NCBI GenBank assembly: GCA_030390025.1 | Contig: CM059431.1 | Location: 159,094,001 to 159,158,000, forward strand | Reading direction: 5' to 3' | Length of the DNA: 64,000 nt | Source of the DNA: Squalus acanthias | Taxonomy: Eukaryota | Part shown: one piece after another, positions 1 to 14,440 of the stretch | How the letters are laid out: every line of letters begins with the position of its first letter | Numbering within the stretch: position 1 is the first letter of the stretch | Translations under genes and position numbers: made by a program | Notes under the pieces: generated by a model | The model's database searches: none | The model's input: the letters and a program-made list of their open reading frames with translations, nothing else | Told to the model about the DNA's origin: nothing

Positions 1-180
1 GCCCCTCCTTATCTCTGTAACTTCCTCCAACCTCACAACCCACCGAGATCTCTGCACTCCAACGAATGCGCAACCCCGATTTTCACCGCCCTGTCTTCAG
101 CTGCCTAGGCCCTAAACTTAGGAATTCCCTCCCGAAACCTCTCTGACATTCTAACGCTCGCTCCTCCTTTCAGACACGAA
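1..180 (+). mobile_element. L2-clade LINE 3' fragment
   Basis: Similar to the L2 3' region at 61660-61900. Confidence 0.6.
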
Positions 181-459
181 GACACGGCTTTTGAAACTGG
201 GGCGTGTTGCGGTCGCGTCATTCACTTTTCGTGTTATTCACCCGACTGCAATTGGAGGTGGGAGATTGATGCAATTTTCACCTAATTTGGCAATTGATTT
301 CCAGCATTTGGGAACCCATGAACCAATTAGTGTTTTCATCTGAATGTCGCCTCTGATGATGTCATCATTGCTGCTGCATTGAAGGTCTTCAAAGACTGCC
401 TGGGCTTTGCTGTGAGAGGACCTGCAAACTAAGCAGCAGCGCTAAGTCTGCTCCCAGAT

Positions 460-3185
460 AGAAACATAGAAACATAGAAGATAGGAGCAGGAGTAGGCCA
501 TTCGGCCCCTCGAGCTTGCTCCGTCATTCGATGAGATCATGGCTGATCATCCAAACTCAGTACCCTGTACCTGCCTTCTCCCCATATCCCTTGATACCTT
601 TATCTTTAAGAAATAAAACTAACTCATTCTTGAACATATTTAATGACTTGGCCTCAACTACCTTCTGTGGTCGAGAATTCCACAGTTTCACCACTCACTG
701 GTAGAAGAAATTATTCCTCATTTCTGTCCTAAATGGCTTACCCGTTATCCTTAGATTATGACCCCTGGTTCTGGACTCTCCGACCATCAGGAACATTCTT
801 CCTACATCTAGTTTGTCCAGACCTGTCAGAATTGTATATGTTTCGATGAGATCCCCTCTCATTCTTCTAAACTCCAGCGAATATAAGCCCAATCGACCCA
901 ATCTCTCCTCATATGTCATTCCTGCCATCCCAGGTATCAGCCTTGTGAATCTTCGCTGAACTCCTTCCATGGCAAGAACATCCTTCCTCAGATAAGGCGA
1001 CCAAAACTGCACACAGTACTCAAGGTGTGGTCTCACCAAGGCCCTGTGCAACTGCAGCAGGACATCCCTGTTCCTATACTCAAAACCTTTCGCTATGAAG
1101 GCCAACATACCATTTGCCTTCTTTACCGTCTGCTGCACCTGGATGCTTACTTTCAGCGACTGGTGCACAAGGACACCTAGGTCTCGTTGCACTACCCCTT
1201 CTCCCAATCTATTGCCATTCAGATAATAGTCTGTCTTTCTGTTTTTGACACCAAATAGGATAACCTCGCATTTATAAACGTCATATTGCATCTGCCACGC
1301 TTCTGCCCACTCACCCAACCTGTCCAAATCATCCTGGAGTTTCTCGGTATCCTCCTCGCAGCACATACTCCCACCCAGATTTGTGTCATCTGCAAACTTG
1401 GAGATATTACATTTAGTTCCCTTATCTAGATCATTGATGTATATTGTGAATAGCTGGGGTCCAAGGACCGATCCCTGCGGTACCCCAGTAGTCTCTGCTT
1501 GCCACTCGGAAAAAGATCCATTAATTCCTACTCTCTGCTTCCTGTCCGCCAACCAGTTCTCTATCCAAGTCAATACCTTGCCCCCAATCCCTTGTGCCCT
1601 AACTTTACACGCTAATCTCTTATGCGGGAACTTATCGAAAGCCTTTTGAAAGTCCAAATACACCACATCTACTGGTTCACCCTTATCTATTTTCCCAGTT
1701 ACATCCTCAAAAAATTCCAGTAGATTAGTCAAGCACGAATTACCTTTTGTAAATCCATGTTGACTTTGTCCGATCCTGTCACTGTTTTTCAAGTTCTCAG
1801 CTATTACATCCTTTATAATGGACTCTAGCATTTTCCCCAATACCGCTGTCAGGCTTACCGGTCTGTAATATCCGCTTTCTCTCTACCACCCTTTTTGAAT
1901 AGTGGGGTAACATTGGCTACCCTCCAATCCATGGGCACAGTTCCAGATTCCATCGAATGTTGGAAGATGATCAGCAAAGCATCTACTATTTCTAGGGTCA
2001 CTTCCTTAAGTACCCTAGGATGCAGATTATCAGGCCCTGGGGATTTATCGGCCTTCAATCCCGTCAATTACCCTAACACCATTTCAATGCAAATACTGAT
2101 TTATTTCAGTTCCTCCCTTTCATCAGACCGTATGTTCTCCAAAATCTCTGGGAGGTTATTTGGGTCCTCCTTTGTGAAGACAGGACCCAATTATGCATTT
2201 AATTGAGCTCCATTTCTTTGTTCCCCATTATAGCTTCCCCCGCTTCTGACTGCAAGGGACCTACACTTGATTTCACTAATCTTTTTCTCTTCACATATCT
2301 ATAATAGCTCTTAGAGTCAGTTTTTATGTTCCCAGCAAGCTTACTTTCATATTCTATTTTCCCCTTCTTAATTAATCCCTTTGTCCTCCTTTGTTGAATC
2401 CTAAACTGCTCCCAATCCTCAGGGCTACCGCTTTTGCTGGGCAATTTATATGCCCTCTCCTTGGATCTTATGCTATCCCTAATTTCCCTTGTTAGCCAAA
2501 GTTGAGTTACCTTTTTTGTTTTATTCTTATGCCACACTGGGATGAACAAATTCTGGAGTTCTTCCATGCAGTCTTTGAATGTTTGCCATTGCCTATCCAC
2601 CGTCAAGCCCTTTAGTGACATTCCCCAATCAATCCTATCCAATTCGCGCCTCATACCATCGTAGTTTCCAGTATTTAAATTCAGGACCCTAGTCTCTGAT
2701 TCAACTGCTTCACTCTCCATCCTAATGAAGAATTCTATCATATTATGATCACTCTGACCCAAGGGGCCTCGTACAACAAGATTGCTAAGTAATCATTTCT
2801 CGTTACATTATACCCAGTCTAAGATGGCCTGATCTCTGGTTGGTTCATCGACATATTGTTCCAGAAAACCATCTCGTAAACATTCTCGGAATTCCTCCTC
2901 CACAGTATTTTTACTAAGTTGGTTAGCCCAATCTATATGTACATTAAAGTCACCCATGATGACTGCTGTGCCCTTACTGCATGCTTCTCTAATTTCCCTT
3001 TAAATGCCGTCCCCAACCTCTGTATTACTGTTTGGAGGACTATATAACACTCCCACTAACGTTTTCTGCCCCTTGTTATTTCTCAGTTCTACCCATACAA
3101 ATTCCGCATCATCAGAGCTAATATCCTTCCTTTCAATTGTGTTAATCCCCTCTTTAACCAGCAATGCTTCCCCACCTCCCTTTCA
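460..3185 (-). mobile_element. CR1/HER1-type LINE, 5'-truncated, frameshifted ORF2
   Basis: RT motifs YLDFQKAFDK, GVPQGSVLGP, KFADDT in ORF 695-1840; upstream linker and endonuclease fragments; (ttctatgt)n-type 3' tail at 460-480. Confidence 0.93.
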
Positions 3186-4680
3186 GTTCTTGCTGAAGAT
3201 GGTGGCAAACGCTTCAGCCCTGTCTTTTACAGTCACGTGCTGGGCTCCACCATCATTGAGGATGGGGATATTCATGGTGGTTCCTCCTCCGGTTAGTTGT
3301 TCAATGGTCCACCAGCATTCACGACTGGATGTGATAGGACTGTAGAGCTTTGATCTGATCCGTTGCTTGTGGGATCGCTTAGCCCTGTCTATAGCATGCT
3401 GCATCCACTTTTTAGCATGCATCTAGTCCTGTGTTGCAGCTTCCCCAGGTTGGCACCTCATTATTAGGTATGCCTGGTGCTGCTCCTGGCATGCTCTTCT
3501 ACAACCATAATTGAAACAGGATTAGTCCCCTGGCTTGATGGTAATGGGAGAGTGAGGGATATGCCGGGCCATGAGTTTATAGATTCTGGTGGAATACAAT
3601 TCTGCTGCTGCTGATGGAACCTCAGCGCCTCATGGATGCCCAGTTTGGAGCTGCTAGAACAGTTCCGAAACTATCCCATTTAGCACAGTGGTAGTGCCAC
3701 ATAACACGATGCAGGGTACCCTCAGCGTGAAGAGGGGACTTCGTCAACACAATGACTATGCGGTGGTCACTGCTACCATTACTGTCATAGACAGATACAT
3801 CTGCGATAGGTAGATTGGTCAGGACGAGTTCAAGTAGGTTTGCACCTCGTGTTGGTTGTCTCCCCAACTGTCACAGGCCCAGACTGGCAGATATGTCCTT
3901 CAGGACTCGGCCCAGCGCGGTCTGTAGTGGTTCTACCGAGTATCTCTTGGTGATGGACATTGAGGTCCACCACCCATAGTAAATTCTGTGCCTTTGTTAC
4001 TCTCAGTACTTCTTCCAAGTGGTTTTCAACATGGAGGAGTACTGATTCATCATCTGAGGGAGGGTGGTAGGTGGTAATCAGCAGGAGCACTCTTTGCCCA
4101 TGCTTGACCTGAATCCATGAGATCTCATGAGTTCTGGAGTCAATGTTGAAAACAACCAATGCCACTCCTTCCCAAATGTATATCACTCTGCCGCCACCCC
4201 TGTTTGGACTGTCCTGCCGATGGGACGGGACATTCCCAGGAATGGTGATGGAGCAGTTTGGGGCATTGGCTTAAAGGAATGATTATGTGAGTATGACTCT
4301 GTCAGGATATTGCTTGACTGGTCTGTGGGACAGCTCTCCAAATTTTTACACAAGTCCCCAGATGTTGGTGAGGAGGACGTTGCAGGGTCCACTGGGCTGG
4401 GTGTGCTGCTGTTGTGCCCGTAGCCGGTGCCGAGGTCGAGGGCGGGTGGTCCGTCGGCTTTTATTCTGATTATTGTGCTTTGTAGCGGTTGATAAAAAAT
4501 GTGTGGCTTGCTAGACCATTTGAGAGGGCAGTTTAGAGTCATCCACATTGGGTCTGAAGTCACATATAGGCCAGACCAGGTAAGTTCGGACAATTTCATT
4601 CGCTAAAGGACATTAGTGAACGAGATTGGTTTTAACGACAATCCGATAGTTTCGTGGCTCCCATTACTGATACTAGCTAG
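3186..4680 (-). mobile_element. RTE-X-like non-LTR element fragment (AP endonuclease region)
   Basis: Endonuclease-like segments LLITTYHPPS, VVDLNVHH, QPTRGANLLELVLT and SSDH in broken frames; family assignment from memory. Confidence 0.6.
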
Positions 4681-4719
4681 TCAAGTCCTTTGGATGACTA
4701 GCCCAGTGACACTACCAAT

Positions 4720-6175
4720 CCTAGGATGCACTGCAGCAACTCCAACCAAAATTCTGTTCTGAGTACTGATGGGGTGATGAGTCTGCTTGGGAGTGCAGCC
4801 AGAGACAACTCCAAGGCACCACTGGTGTCTCAGCTGCACAGCGGGGGGGGAGGGGGGAGGGGGGGAGGGGAGGACGAAAAAGAGTGGAAGAGCAATAATG
4901 GTAAGGGATTCGATAGTTACTGGAGCAGACAGGCGTTTCTTCGGCCGCAGACATGACGCCAGGATGACATTTTGCCTCCCTGGTGCCAGGGTCAATGATA
5001 TAACTGAGCGGCTGGATCGAAAGTATTTAGCCAGAGTAAAATGGAAACAAAGACTGACAGGAAAAACTGCAACGGAACAATGTGCGATCTTTAAGGAGGA
5101 AATGTTCCAAGTGCAGGCTAGGAACATTCCAACAAGAGGGAATGGTAAGGGTAACATATCAAGGGCTCCTTGGTTGAGGAGGGAGATAGAGATGATGATT
5201 GAACAAAAAAAGCGGGTGTATGTTGGATGTCAGGTGAATTCTTCCATGGAGAACCAGACTAAATACAATAAGTTGAGAGGGGATGTGAAGATGAAAATAA
5301 AATTGTCAAAGAAAGAATATGAGAGTACAATGTTGTTTAACATAAAAGGGAACCCACAAATCTTCTACTGGCATGTAAACAGTAAGCATGTAGTAAGAGG
5401 CGGGGTGCGGCCTATTAGGGACAAAGAAGGCGATATATGCTTAGAGGCGCAGGGCAAGGCTGGAATACTCAATGAGTACGTTGTATCGGTGTTTACTAAG
5501 GAGGTGGATGCTGACAAAATAACCGCATCAGAGGAAAAGGTAGAAGCAATGGAAGGGTTGATAATTGATAGGCAGGATGTACTATACAGGCGGGATATGC
5601 TTAGAGTGGATTAGTCGCCTGTTCGAGATGGCTTGCATCCCAGATTGCCAATTGAATTGAGAGAGGTGATAGCGGAATTGCTTGCCATCATTTTACAATC
5701 TTCCCTAGATGCAGTGGAGGTGCCTGAGGATTGGAAATTGGCAAATGTGAATACATTGCTCAAGAAACGGTATACGTACAATCCAAGCATCTACAAGACG
5801 GTCAGTTTTACATCAGTGGTGGGTAAAGTTTAAGAAACAATAATCAAGGAAAAAATTAACGGGCATTTCGAGAGGTTTAAGCTAATTAAGTAGGGCCAAC
5901 TCCGATTTGTAAAATGCAGATCGAGTTTGAATAATCTGATTGAATTTTTTGATGAAGTGACAGGGAGGATCGATGAAGGGAATGCAATGGATGTTGTCTA
6001 AATGGATTTTAGGAAGGCGTTTAACAAAGTACCACATAGACGGCTGGTTAACAAAATTGAGTATCATGGAATAGGTGTATCAGTGGCAGCTTGGATAAGG
6101 AATAGGGGAAAGGACAGAAAACAGCAAGTTGTGTTAAATGGCTGTTTTTCAGACTGGAGGATGGTTTATTTCTGC
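4720..6175 (+). mobile_element. CR1 fragment (ORF1 esterase piece fused to ORF2 linker/RT piece)
   Basis: RAIMVRDSIV...CLPGARV (SGNH-like ORF1) joined to ORF2 sequence including MDFRKAFNKVPH. Confidence 0.8.
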
Positions 6176-9100
6176 TGGGTTAGTTCTTAGTCTATTAAAT
6201 AGAAACATGGTAGTGAAACTGAGTCCGTGGAGTGCACATTCTGATCCATGTGGGAAGACCTGGACATTCGCTGAGCTTGGACGATCACAAGTGCGGGAAG
6301 AATCGCCAGCTACAGCAACTCGAGCGCAGGAGTGGCGGCTGAAATCACTGAAGTGCATCCACGAAGCTGAGAGTTACGTGGATAGCACGTTTCTAGAGGT
6401 GGTCAACCCGCAGCTTAAGAGTATGCAGGACGAGAGTGAATGGGTGACCGCCAGACAGAAGAGGAGGACCAGGCTGGTAGTGCATGAATCCCCGGGGTGC
6501 ATCGCGCTCTCAAACCAGTATTAATTTCTGAATACAGGTGAGGGTGATGGTTCCTCTCGGGAGTGCAGCCACTGTCATGTCCACAGCACCACGGGTGGCT
6601 CAGAGTCACGCTGCGAGGAAAAATAACAGAAGAGCCATAGTGGTAGGGGATTCGATAGTTAGGGGAACAGACAGGCGTTTCTCCATAGACGTGATTCCAG
6701 GATGGTATGTTTCCTCCCTGGTGCCAGGGTCAAGGATGTCACTGAGCGGCTGCAGGACACTGAGCGGGGAGGGGGGACAGCCAGAGGTCGTTGTCCATAT
6801 CGGTACCAACGACATTGGCAGAAAGAGGGATGAGGTCTTGCAGGCAGAGTTTAGGGAGCTGGGAGAGTTTAAAAAGCAGAACCTCAAAGATAGTAGTCTC
6901 TGGATTACTCCCGGTGCCACGTGCTGGTGAGTACAGGAATAGGAGGATAGAACAGATAAATGCATGGCTGGAGAGATGATGCAGGAGGGAGGGCTTTAGA
7001 TTCCTGAGGCATTGGGACCCTTTCTGGGGAAGGTGGGACCTGTACAAGCCGGACGGGTTACACCTCAACAGAGCCGGGACCAAGATTCTCGCGGGGAGGT
7101 TTGCTAGTGCTGTTGGGGAGGCAGTAAACTAAATTGGCAGTGGGATGGGGACCAGTATATAGTAGTAGCAAAGAGGAATAGGGTGCATAAATGAGTGAGT
7201 GTGTTGGATAGTACTAGAGAAGATAGTACCAGAGGCGTTAGAAGTACCTTTTTAGATAGGAGCAGACTAAGGAAGACTACGAAAAATTCAAAAATGGGCT
7301 TAGAATGCATGTACGTAAATGCACAAAGTATGGTGAATAAGTTTGGTGAGCTACAATTAGCCGTCTGGCAATATGATGTTGTGGCAATAACGGAAACGTG
7401 GCTTAGAAAAGGTGAGGACTGGGCACTTAATATTCTAGGGTACAAAATGTTCAGAAAATATAGGGGAGGAAAAAAGGAGGTGATGTGGCAGTGCTGCTTA
7501 AGGAAGACATTGTAGCTTTGGAAAGGGAGCATGTTCTTAAGGGGACAAGGACATAATCCATTAGGTTAGAGTTGAGGAGCACAAAGGGTATGATCACGCT
7601 ATTGGGGGTATTCTATAGGCCTCCAAATAGTGAGGGGGAGGTAGAGAAACAAATATGCAGGGAAATCGCAGAGATATGCAAGAGCTATGGAATGGTGATA
7701 CTAGGGGACTTTAGTTACCCAAATATCGATTGGGATAATGGTAGGATAATGGGAATGGGAGGTGAGGAATATGTGAAATGTGTTCAGGAGAGTTTTCTTG
7801 CCCAATATGTTCTTGGCCTAACTAGGAATGCGGCATTTTGGGATTTGGTGCTGGGGAATGACGTGAGCCAAGTCGACCAAGTGTCTGTGGGAGAACACTT
7901 GGGTACGAGTGAACATCGTATCATGTGTTTTATATTAGCAATGGAGAAGAGGAAGGAACAATCTAGAGTGGAACATCCAAACTGTAACAGGGCTAACTTC
8001 AATGGGATGCTAAAGGATCTAACCGGGGTAAAATGGAACCAAAGACATACAGGAAAAACTGTAACGGGACAATGGGTGATCTTTAAGGAGGAGATGTTAG
8101 AAGCACAGGCTAGGTACATTCTAACAAGAGCGAAGGATAAGGGAACCAAAGCAAGGTCTCATTGGATAAAGAGGGAGATAGAGAAGATGATGAAACAAAA
8201 AAAGAGGGTGTATGATGCATGTCAGATGAATTCTTCAAGGGACAACCAGAGCAAATACAATAAGTTGAGAGGGGATGTGAAGATGGGGAAAAAATGGATA
8301 ATCAGAGAATATGAGACTAGAATGGCGGTTAACATTAAAGGGAGCCCAAAAATCTTCTACCGGCATGTAAACAGTAAGCGGGTAGCAAGAGGCGGGAGGG
8401 GTGCCTATTCGAAAAAAGAAGGTGCTATATGCTTAGCGGCGCAGGTCAAGGCTAGAATTCTCAATGAGTACTTTGTATCGGTGTTTACTAATTAAGTGGA
8501 TGCTGACAATATATCGGTAGAAGTGGAAAAGGTAGAAGCAATGGAAGGGGTGAACATTGATAGACAGGATGTACTATAATATCTGGGTATGCTTAGAGTG
8601 GCCAAGTCGCCTGCTGCAAATGGTTTGCGTCCCAGGTTGCTAAGGGAATTGAGGGAGGAGATAGGGGAAGGGCTTGCCATAATTTTCCAATCTTCCCTAC
8701 ATGCGAGGGTTGGTGCCTAAGGATTGGAAATTGGTAAATGTGCCATATTTCTTCTAGAAAGTCTAAAGGACAATGCTACTAACTACAGGCCGGTCAGTTT
8801 AACATCAGTGGTGGGTAAAGTTTTAGAAACAATAATCAAGGTAAAACTTAACTGGCATTTGGAGAGGTTTAAGCTAAGTAAAAAGGGTCAACAAGGGTTT
8901 GTAAAAGGAAGATCGTGTTTGACCAGTCTAATTAAACTTTTTGATGAAGTAACAGAGAGGATTGATGAAAGGAATGCAATGGACGTTGTCGACATGGATT
9001 TTCGGGAGGCGTTTGACAAAGTACCACATAGAAGGCTGGTTAACAAAATTGAGGATCATGGAATAGGTGGGTCAGTGGCAGCTTGGAAAATGAATTGGCT

Positions 9101-9784
9101 TAAAGACAGAAACAGCGAATTTTGGTAAATGGCTGTTTTTCAGACTGAAGAATGGAAGAGAGCGTTGTTCCCCAAGGTTCAGTGCTGGCCCCACTGCTTT
9201 TTTTATATGATTTAATGACCTAGATATTGGAATACAGTGTAAAATTTCTAAATTTGCCGATGACACCAAACTTGGGGTTGTGGCAAGCAGTGATGATGAT
9301 ATCAATCGACTGCTACAGGACACAGAAAGGCTAGCAGAATGGGCAGACTAGTGGCAGATGGCATTTAATACAGAGAAGTGAGAGGTGATGCATTTTGGCT
9401 GAAGGAACAGGGAGAGGCAATATAGACTTAATGGTACAGTTTTAAAGAGTGTACAGGGACAGAGGGACCTAGGGACCTGGGAGTTAATGTGCATAGGTCC
9501 CTGAATGTGGCAGGCCATATTGGGAGAGTGGTTAGCAAAGCTTATGGGATCTTGGGCTTCATAAGTAGAGGTATTGTGTACAAAAATAGAGAAGTTATGC
9601 TGAACCTTTATAAAGCGCTGGTTAGGCCGCATAATGAAGTATTGCATCCAGTTCTCATCACCACACTTTAGGAAGGATGTGAAGGTCCTTGAGTGGATGC
9701 AGAGAAGATTTACCAGAATGGTTTCGGGAATGGGGGATCTTAGCTACAAGGACAGGTTGGAGAAGCTGGATTTGTTTTCATTAA

Positions 9785-9987
9785 TGATGTGGAGATGCCG
9801 GTGTTGGACTGGGGTGGACAAATGTGAGAAGTCGCACAACACCAGGTTATAGTCCAACAGCTTTATTTGAAATCACAAGCTTTCGGTGGCTGCTCCGTCA
9901 TCTGACGAAGGAGCAGCGCTCCGAAAGCTTGTGATTTCAAGTAAAGCAGTTGGACTATAACCTGGTGTTGTGCGACTTCTCACATGC
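9785..9987 (-). mobile_element. Penelope-derived palindromic mini-insertion inside CR1 ORF2
   Basis: Inverted arms of about 65-75 bp, shared tail atgatgtggagatgccgg..., TSD gttttcattaa at 9774-9784 and 9988-9998. Confidence 0.8.
9898..9934 (+). ncRNA. Minimal type-I hammerhead ribozyme motif
   Basis: UCAU-CUGACGA-A-GGAGC(agc)GCUCC-GAAA-GCUU-GUGA: catalytic boxes, stem II, palindromic AGCU and a 4-bp stem I. Confidence 0.7.
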
Positions 9988-10395
9988 GTTTTCATTAAAG
10001 CAAAGGAGGTTGAGGGGTGATTTGATAGAGGTGTACAAGATTATGATGGGTTTGGATCGGCTAGACGGGGAAAGGCTGTTCCCACTAATTGATGGTACAA
10101 GGATTAGGGGACACAATTTTAACGTTTTGGGCAAGAGATAGAGGGGGGCCGTGAGGAAAATCCTTTTTATGCAGTGAGTGCTGATGACCTGGAATTCGCT
10201 GCTGACGGAAGTGGTGGAAGCGGAGACACTCAATGTTTTCAAGTGGATACTGGATAGGCACTTGAGGGAAATAAATTTGCAGGGCTACGGGGATACAGCG
10301 GGGGAATGGGACTGACTCGAATGCTCTGCAGAGAGCCGGTAGCGACTCGATGGGCCGAATGGCCTCCTTCTGTGCCATTATGACTCTATGACTAT

Positions 10396-10727
10396 AATTC
10401 GCCAAGGCTTCTTCGGCAGCACTTCCCAAAGCCGCGACCTCTTCCACCGAGAATGACAAGGGAAACAGGACAGTGGGAACACCATCACCTGCAAGTTCCC
10501 CTCGAAGTTACACACCATCCTGACTTGGAAATATCTTGCTGTTCCTTCATCGTCGCTCTGTCAAAATCTTGGAACTCCCTACCTAACAGCACTGTGGGAG
10601 TACCTTCACCACACGGACTGCTGCGTTTCAAGAAGGCGGCTCATTACCACGTTCTCAAGGGCAATTAAGGATGGGCAATAAATGCTGGCCTTGCCAGTGA
10701 CGTCCACATCCCAAGAACGAATAAAAC
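10396..10727 (+). mobile_element. RTE-X-like element 3' end
   Basis: KSWNSLPNSTVG...RFKKAAH C-terminal RT-type motif followed by an A-rich end. Confidence 0.55.
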
Positions 10728-11159
10728 TCAAGCACTTGAAATATGTTCGAAACTTCTGGTAACTGTTAATGAGCAGCTGTGCGTGCTTGTCTTGTATAGG
10801 TGCTAATAATTCGGGTGAATTGAGGGCTAAGATAGCAATTCTAATCTGGCTGTGGCTCCAATGTGTGTAAAAGTAAACCGTATCTGTTGACGCACAGAGT
10901 GCTCTGCACAGTGTGGTCTTAAATAGAATGCTTCCAAACAGAGTATTAAATTTGGGAATTTGGAGAGAGTGGGAATTCGGCGCAGTGTAGGATAGAGTTG
11001 TTGCTTTTTGCCTCCAAAATTTGGAGCGCTTTGTGCTACAGGTAAGTGTTTAATTGCATCTGCCTATTAATTAAAATAGATCTACTAATGAGATAAACAT
11101 TAAATATAAGCTAAGTTAATTAAATATATAAACTTTATTTAACCAAATAAAGAAAACAA

Positions 11160-12700
11160 GTATGTATATAGATGTGGTGCAGGTGGTGTGCAGCAACTGC
11201 AGCATGTGGGAGTTTGTGGAGAATATTGCAGTCCCGGATGACGACGTCCACAGTAAGTGTCTGCATCTCGAGCAACTTCAGCTCAGATTTGCTGAGCTTA
11301 AGTGCGAGGTGCAGACACTGCGGAGCATCAGGGAGGGGGAGTTAACTGGACACTCTGATCCAGGAGGTAGTCACACCTATTCGGTTAGGTAGTGGTACAG
11401 GTCTGGTTAGTGATCTGGAACAGCAGGGTGTGACTGCGACTCAGGCAGGTGAGGGGTCTCCTGGGGCGCTGTTGGAGGAGCCTCGGCCTTTGCCTTTATC
11501 CAACACGTACGAGTTTATTGCTGCCTGTGCGGATAAGGGCGAAGTCTGCAGGTTTGATGAGCAAACTGACCAAGGCACCGTGGTACAGGAAGCCATTCAA
11601 GGGAGCGGGGAGAGTGAAAAGGAATGTTGCATTGGTATGGGACTGTATAGTCAGTGGGATAGATACTGTTCTCTTCAGCCGCGATCGGGAGTTCCGAAGG
11701 CTGTTTATCTGAGTTAAGGATATATCCTCGCGCCTGAAGAAAAAATTGCATTGGGAGGAGGAAGTCCAGTGGCCGTAGTCCACGTATGAACCAATGACAT
11801 ATGTTGAACTAGTGATGAGGTTCTGCTGAGACAGGTTGTAGTGCAAGTTTCCAAATTAAAATGTTGAACCTCAAAGGTAAGACTCTCCGAATTGTTACCT
11901 GAGCCACTAGCAAATTGGCATTGGGACAAGCAGATGAGAGATTTAAATGCCTGGCTCAAAGATTGGTATGCGAGAAACGGTATTGATTCATGGGGCACTG
12001 GCAACAGTAATGTGGAAAGAGGGAGCTGTTCCGTTGGGACAGGCTTTACTTAAACCGGGCTGGAATCAGTGTCCTGGCGAATCTAATAACTAGGGCTATA
12101 GATGGGGCATTAAACCTAAAGGCAGAGTTGTCAGGTAACGGAAAATTTTGAAATCTAAAAATAAAAGTTAAGAAAATGGAGCAGTGTAGCGATTTGGGTA
12201 AAGATAAGCAGAGTGTGAAACGAAGGCACAGACTGATTTTAACAGTAATAGTTCACCAGCGAATAAGGTGAAACCAGGGAATAATGGTAAAAAGTTAAAA
12301 TTAAAAGCTCTTTATCTGAATGTACGAAGCATTCGTAATAAGATACAATAATTAATTGCATAAATACAGATGAATGGCTTCATCTAATAGCCATTAGAGG
12401 GACGTAGTTCTATGGTGTCCGAGTTGGGAACTAAATACTCCCGGTTACTTGACATTTCGAAAAAAACAGGGAGAAAGGAAAAGGAGGGTATAAACCTAAT
12501 AATAAAGGATGAGATAAGGGCAGTAGTGAGAAAGGATCTTGGCTCGGAAGATCAGGAAATATAATCAGTATGGCTGGAGATAAGAAATAACACGGGGCAG
12601 AAAACACTGGTGGGAATAGTTTATAGGCCCCTTAACAGTAGCTATACGTTGGGCAGCGTATTAATCAGCAAATAATCGAAGCCTGTAACAAAGCTAACCG
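11160..12700 (+). mobile_element. CR1 5' part (ORF1 Cys-rich/esterase + endonuclease start), decayed
   Basis: VVCSNCSMWE and KCLHLEQLQLRFAEL ORF1 motifs; LYLNVRSIRNK and YRPLNS endonuclease remnants. Confidence 0.75.
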
Positions 12701-13029
12701 TCTCAGACCCAAACTCCTGTAGGTCGCCGACCACAATGATCTCAGAAGTCCACACCTGAGAAACATTAACCTTCTAATGCACATGCTGACGTTACTGTGG
12801 GAGAGGAATTCATTGAATAGTAGAACAGGATGCAGGCCGTGTCAGAAGTCATCATTGGTGAACTCCAGGGTGAAAAATCGGTTTCATTGCTTCTTGTACG
12901 CCATTAAAGTGATGCAATTATGAATTTGTTTTGTGAGTCTGTAGCAGTTCACGAGCCTGCACTGTCAGGTAGAGAGGTTGAAAGCAGGGCAGTGACAAAT
13001 GGAACGTGCTCTGATAATGGGATCTTTTA

Positions 13030-13290
13030 TTTCTACTCTTGCCTCAGTATCACCTCATTATCCCAGCACCAGCATCACTTTTGTCATCATTTCACTTCTG
13101 CCCTACACCCCATCACAGTTAGTTGTGCAGTTTATTTATTCCTTTTGTTCTTTTCCAACACAACCCCTGTTAATCGCTAACATCTTCCAGTCTGATGAAA
13201 GGTCATCGACCTGAAACGGTAACTCTGTTTCTCTCTCCACAGATGTAAGCGGACCTGCTATGTGTTTCCACCATTTTCTGTTTTTGTCAC
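13030..13290 (+). mobile_element. Penelope-type pLTR remnant with degenerate hammerhead (13189-13224)
   Basis: ctgatgaaaggtcatcgacctgaaac...ctctgtttctctctccacagatg, the same as the terminus of the GIY-YIG element at 47800-49040. Confidence 0.65.
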
Positions 13291-13979
13291 AATTTGTTTG
13301 CTTTCTTTTTTTAAAGAGTAAGTTCAGCTCTGAAAGGTTTATTTAACTACAGAGCCTCATAAGTGAGAGATAAGCATATTTTCCGAATGTAGGTGGGTTT
13401 TCTTTGTGAGAGAGTGCATGTAATGATAAAAAAAAATGCCGGCAGTTTGTAGAAGATTTTAAAAAAAACTCCAGATTGTGAACGGATGGACCCAGATTAG
13501 AGTTTCTGAGTGTTGGAGGGCATGAGCAGCGGTTTGTATTTTAATGGGAAGGGAAGCTGTTGCTATAACCTGCTGTGAGTGGTGAAGAAACATTCAAAGC
13601 GTGGTGAGAGCGTTGATCAGCATGATTAATGGGTTACAATAAAGAAATCTATGTAAATGCAAAATGAGTGCGTGAGTCTCACTCTTGCGTTCGGGTCAAG
13701 CCATTAAACCTGTTTCTGAACTGAGCCCAAGTTTTAAGTACGATGCTGCTGGTGCTGATCTGCTTAGCAATCTTCCTGCAGCATGGAAGCTGCCTCTGCA
13801 TTGGGTACCAACGTTATTAGTAACTCCAAGCAGTAATGGGATGAGTGCACACTTAATGTGTTTTGTGGTAGTATCGATTGAGTTAGGAATGTTGGCCGAG
13901 ACATCAGCAGACGCTCCTAAGCATATTCGGATGGTACCACGGGGTAATTAGCATTCATCTGAACGACATGAACTTCAGC

Positions 13980-14440
13980 AACAGCAACAACTTGCATTTA
14001 TATAGCACCTTTATCGCACTAAAACGCCGCATGGCCTTTAACAGGAATATTATCAGAAAAAATTAACACCGAGGCAAACAAAGAGAAGACATTGCAGGGG
14101 ATTTTCCGGCTTCGACTAGATCGATAGAAATGGAACCAGGCGAGGACAGTCCCATCAAGCTGGACAACGCTGAAGAAGCGTTGGAGGGCGATGTTATGGT
14201 CAACTGTGTCAATGACTGTGGACACGTCTCGAGCTATGACGGTGGCTTGTGCACCAGAGTCACAGTCACATGGGATGCCATCTATGAATTTGATAGTGGC
14301 CATTCCAGTGTTGTGGCATGAGCGGAAACCCGATCGGAGATGTACAAACATGGAGTTGAGGGAAAGATGGGCATGGATTTGTGAGGTGACAACACGATCA
14401 ATGACTTTGGAGAGCAACGTGAGGTTGCAAATTAAACGGT
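13980..14440 (-). mobile_element. L2 LINE fragment
   Basis: RSGFRSCHNT...DTVDH...LAWF RT remnant plus (ttg)n-type L2 tail. Confidence 0.7.

Larger units (their letters stand above)
6200..10395 (+). mobile_element. CR1 LINE, near full-length, decayed (ORF1 + ORF2 + 3' tail)
   Basis: VVGDSIVRG and VVVHIGTND (ORF1 esterase), AITETWL / FYRPPN / GDFSYP (endonuclease), RT motifs, and 3' hairpin plus (tatgac)n-type tail near 10350-10395. Confidence 0.9.
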
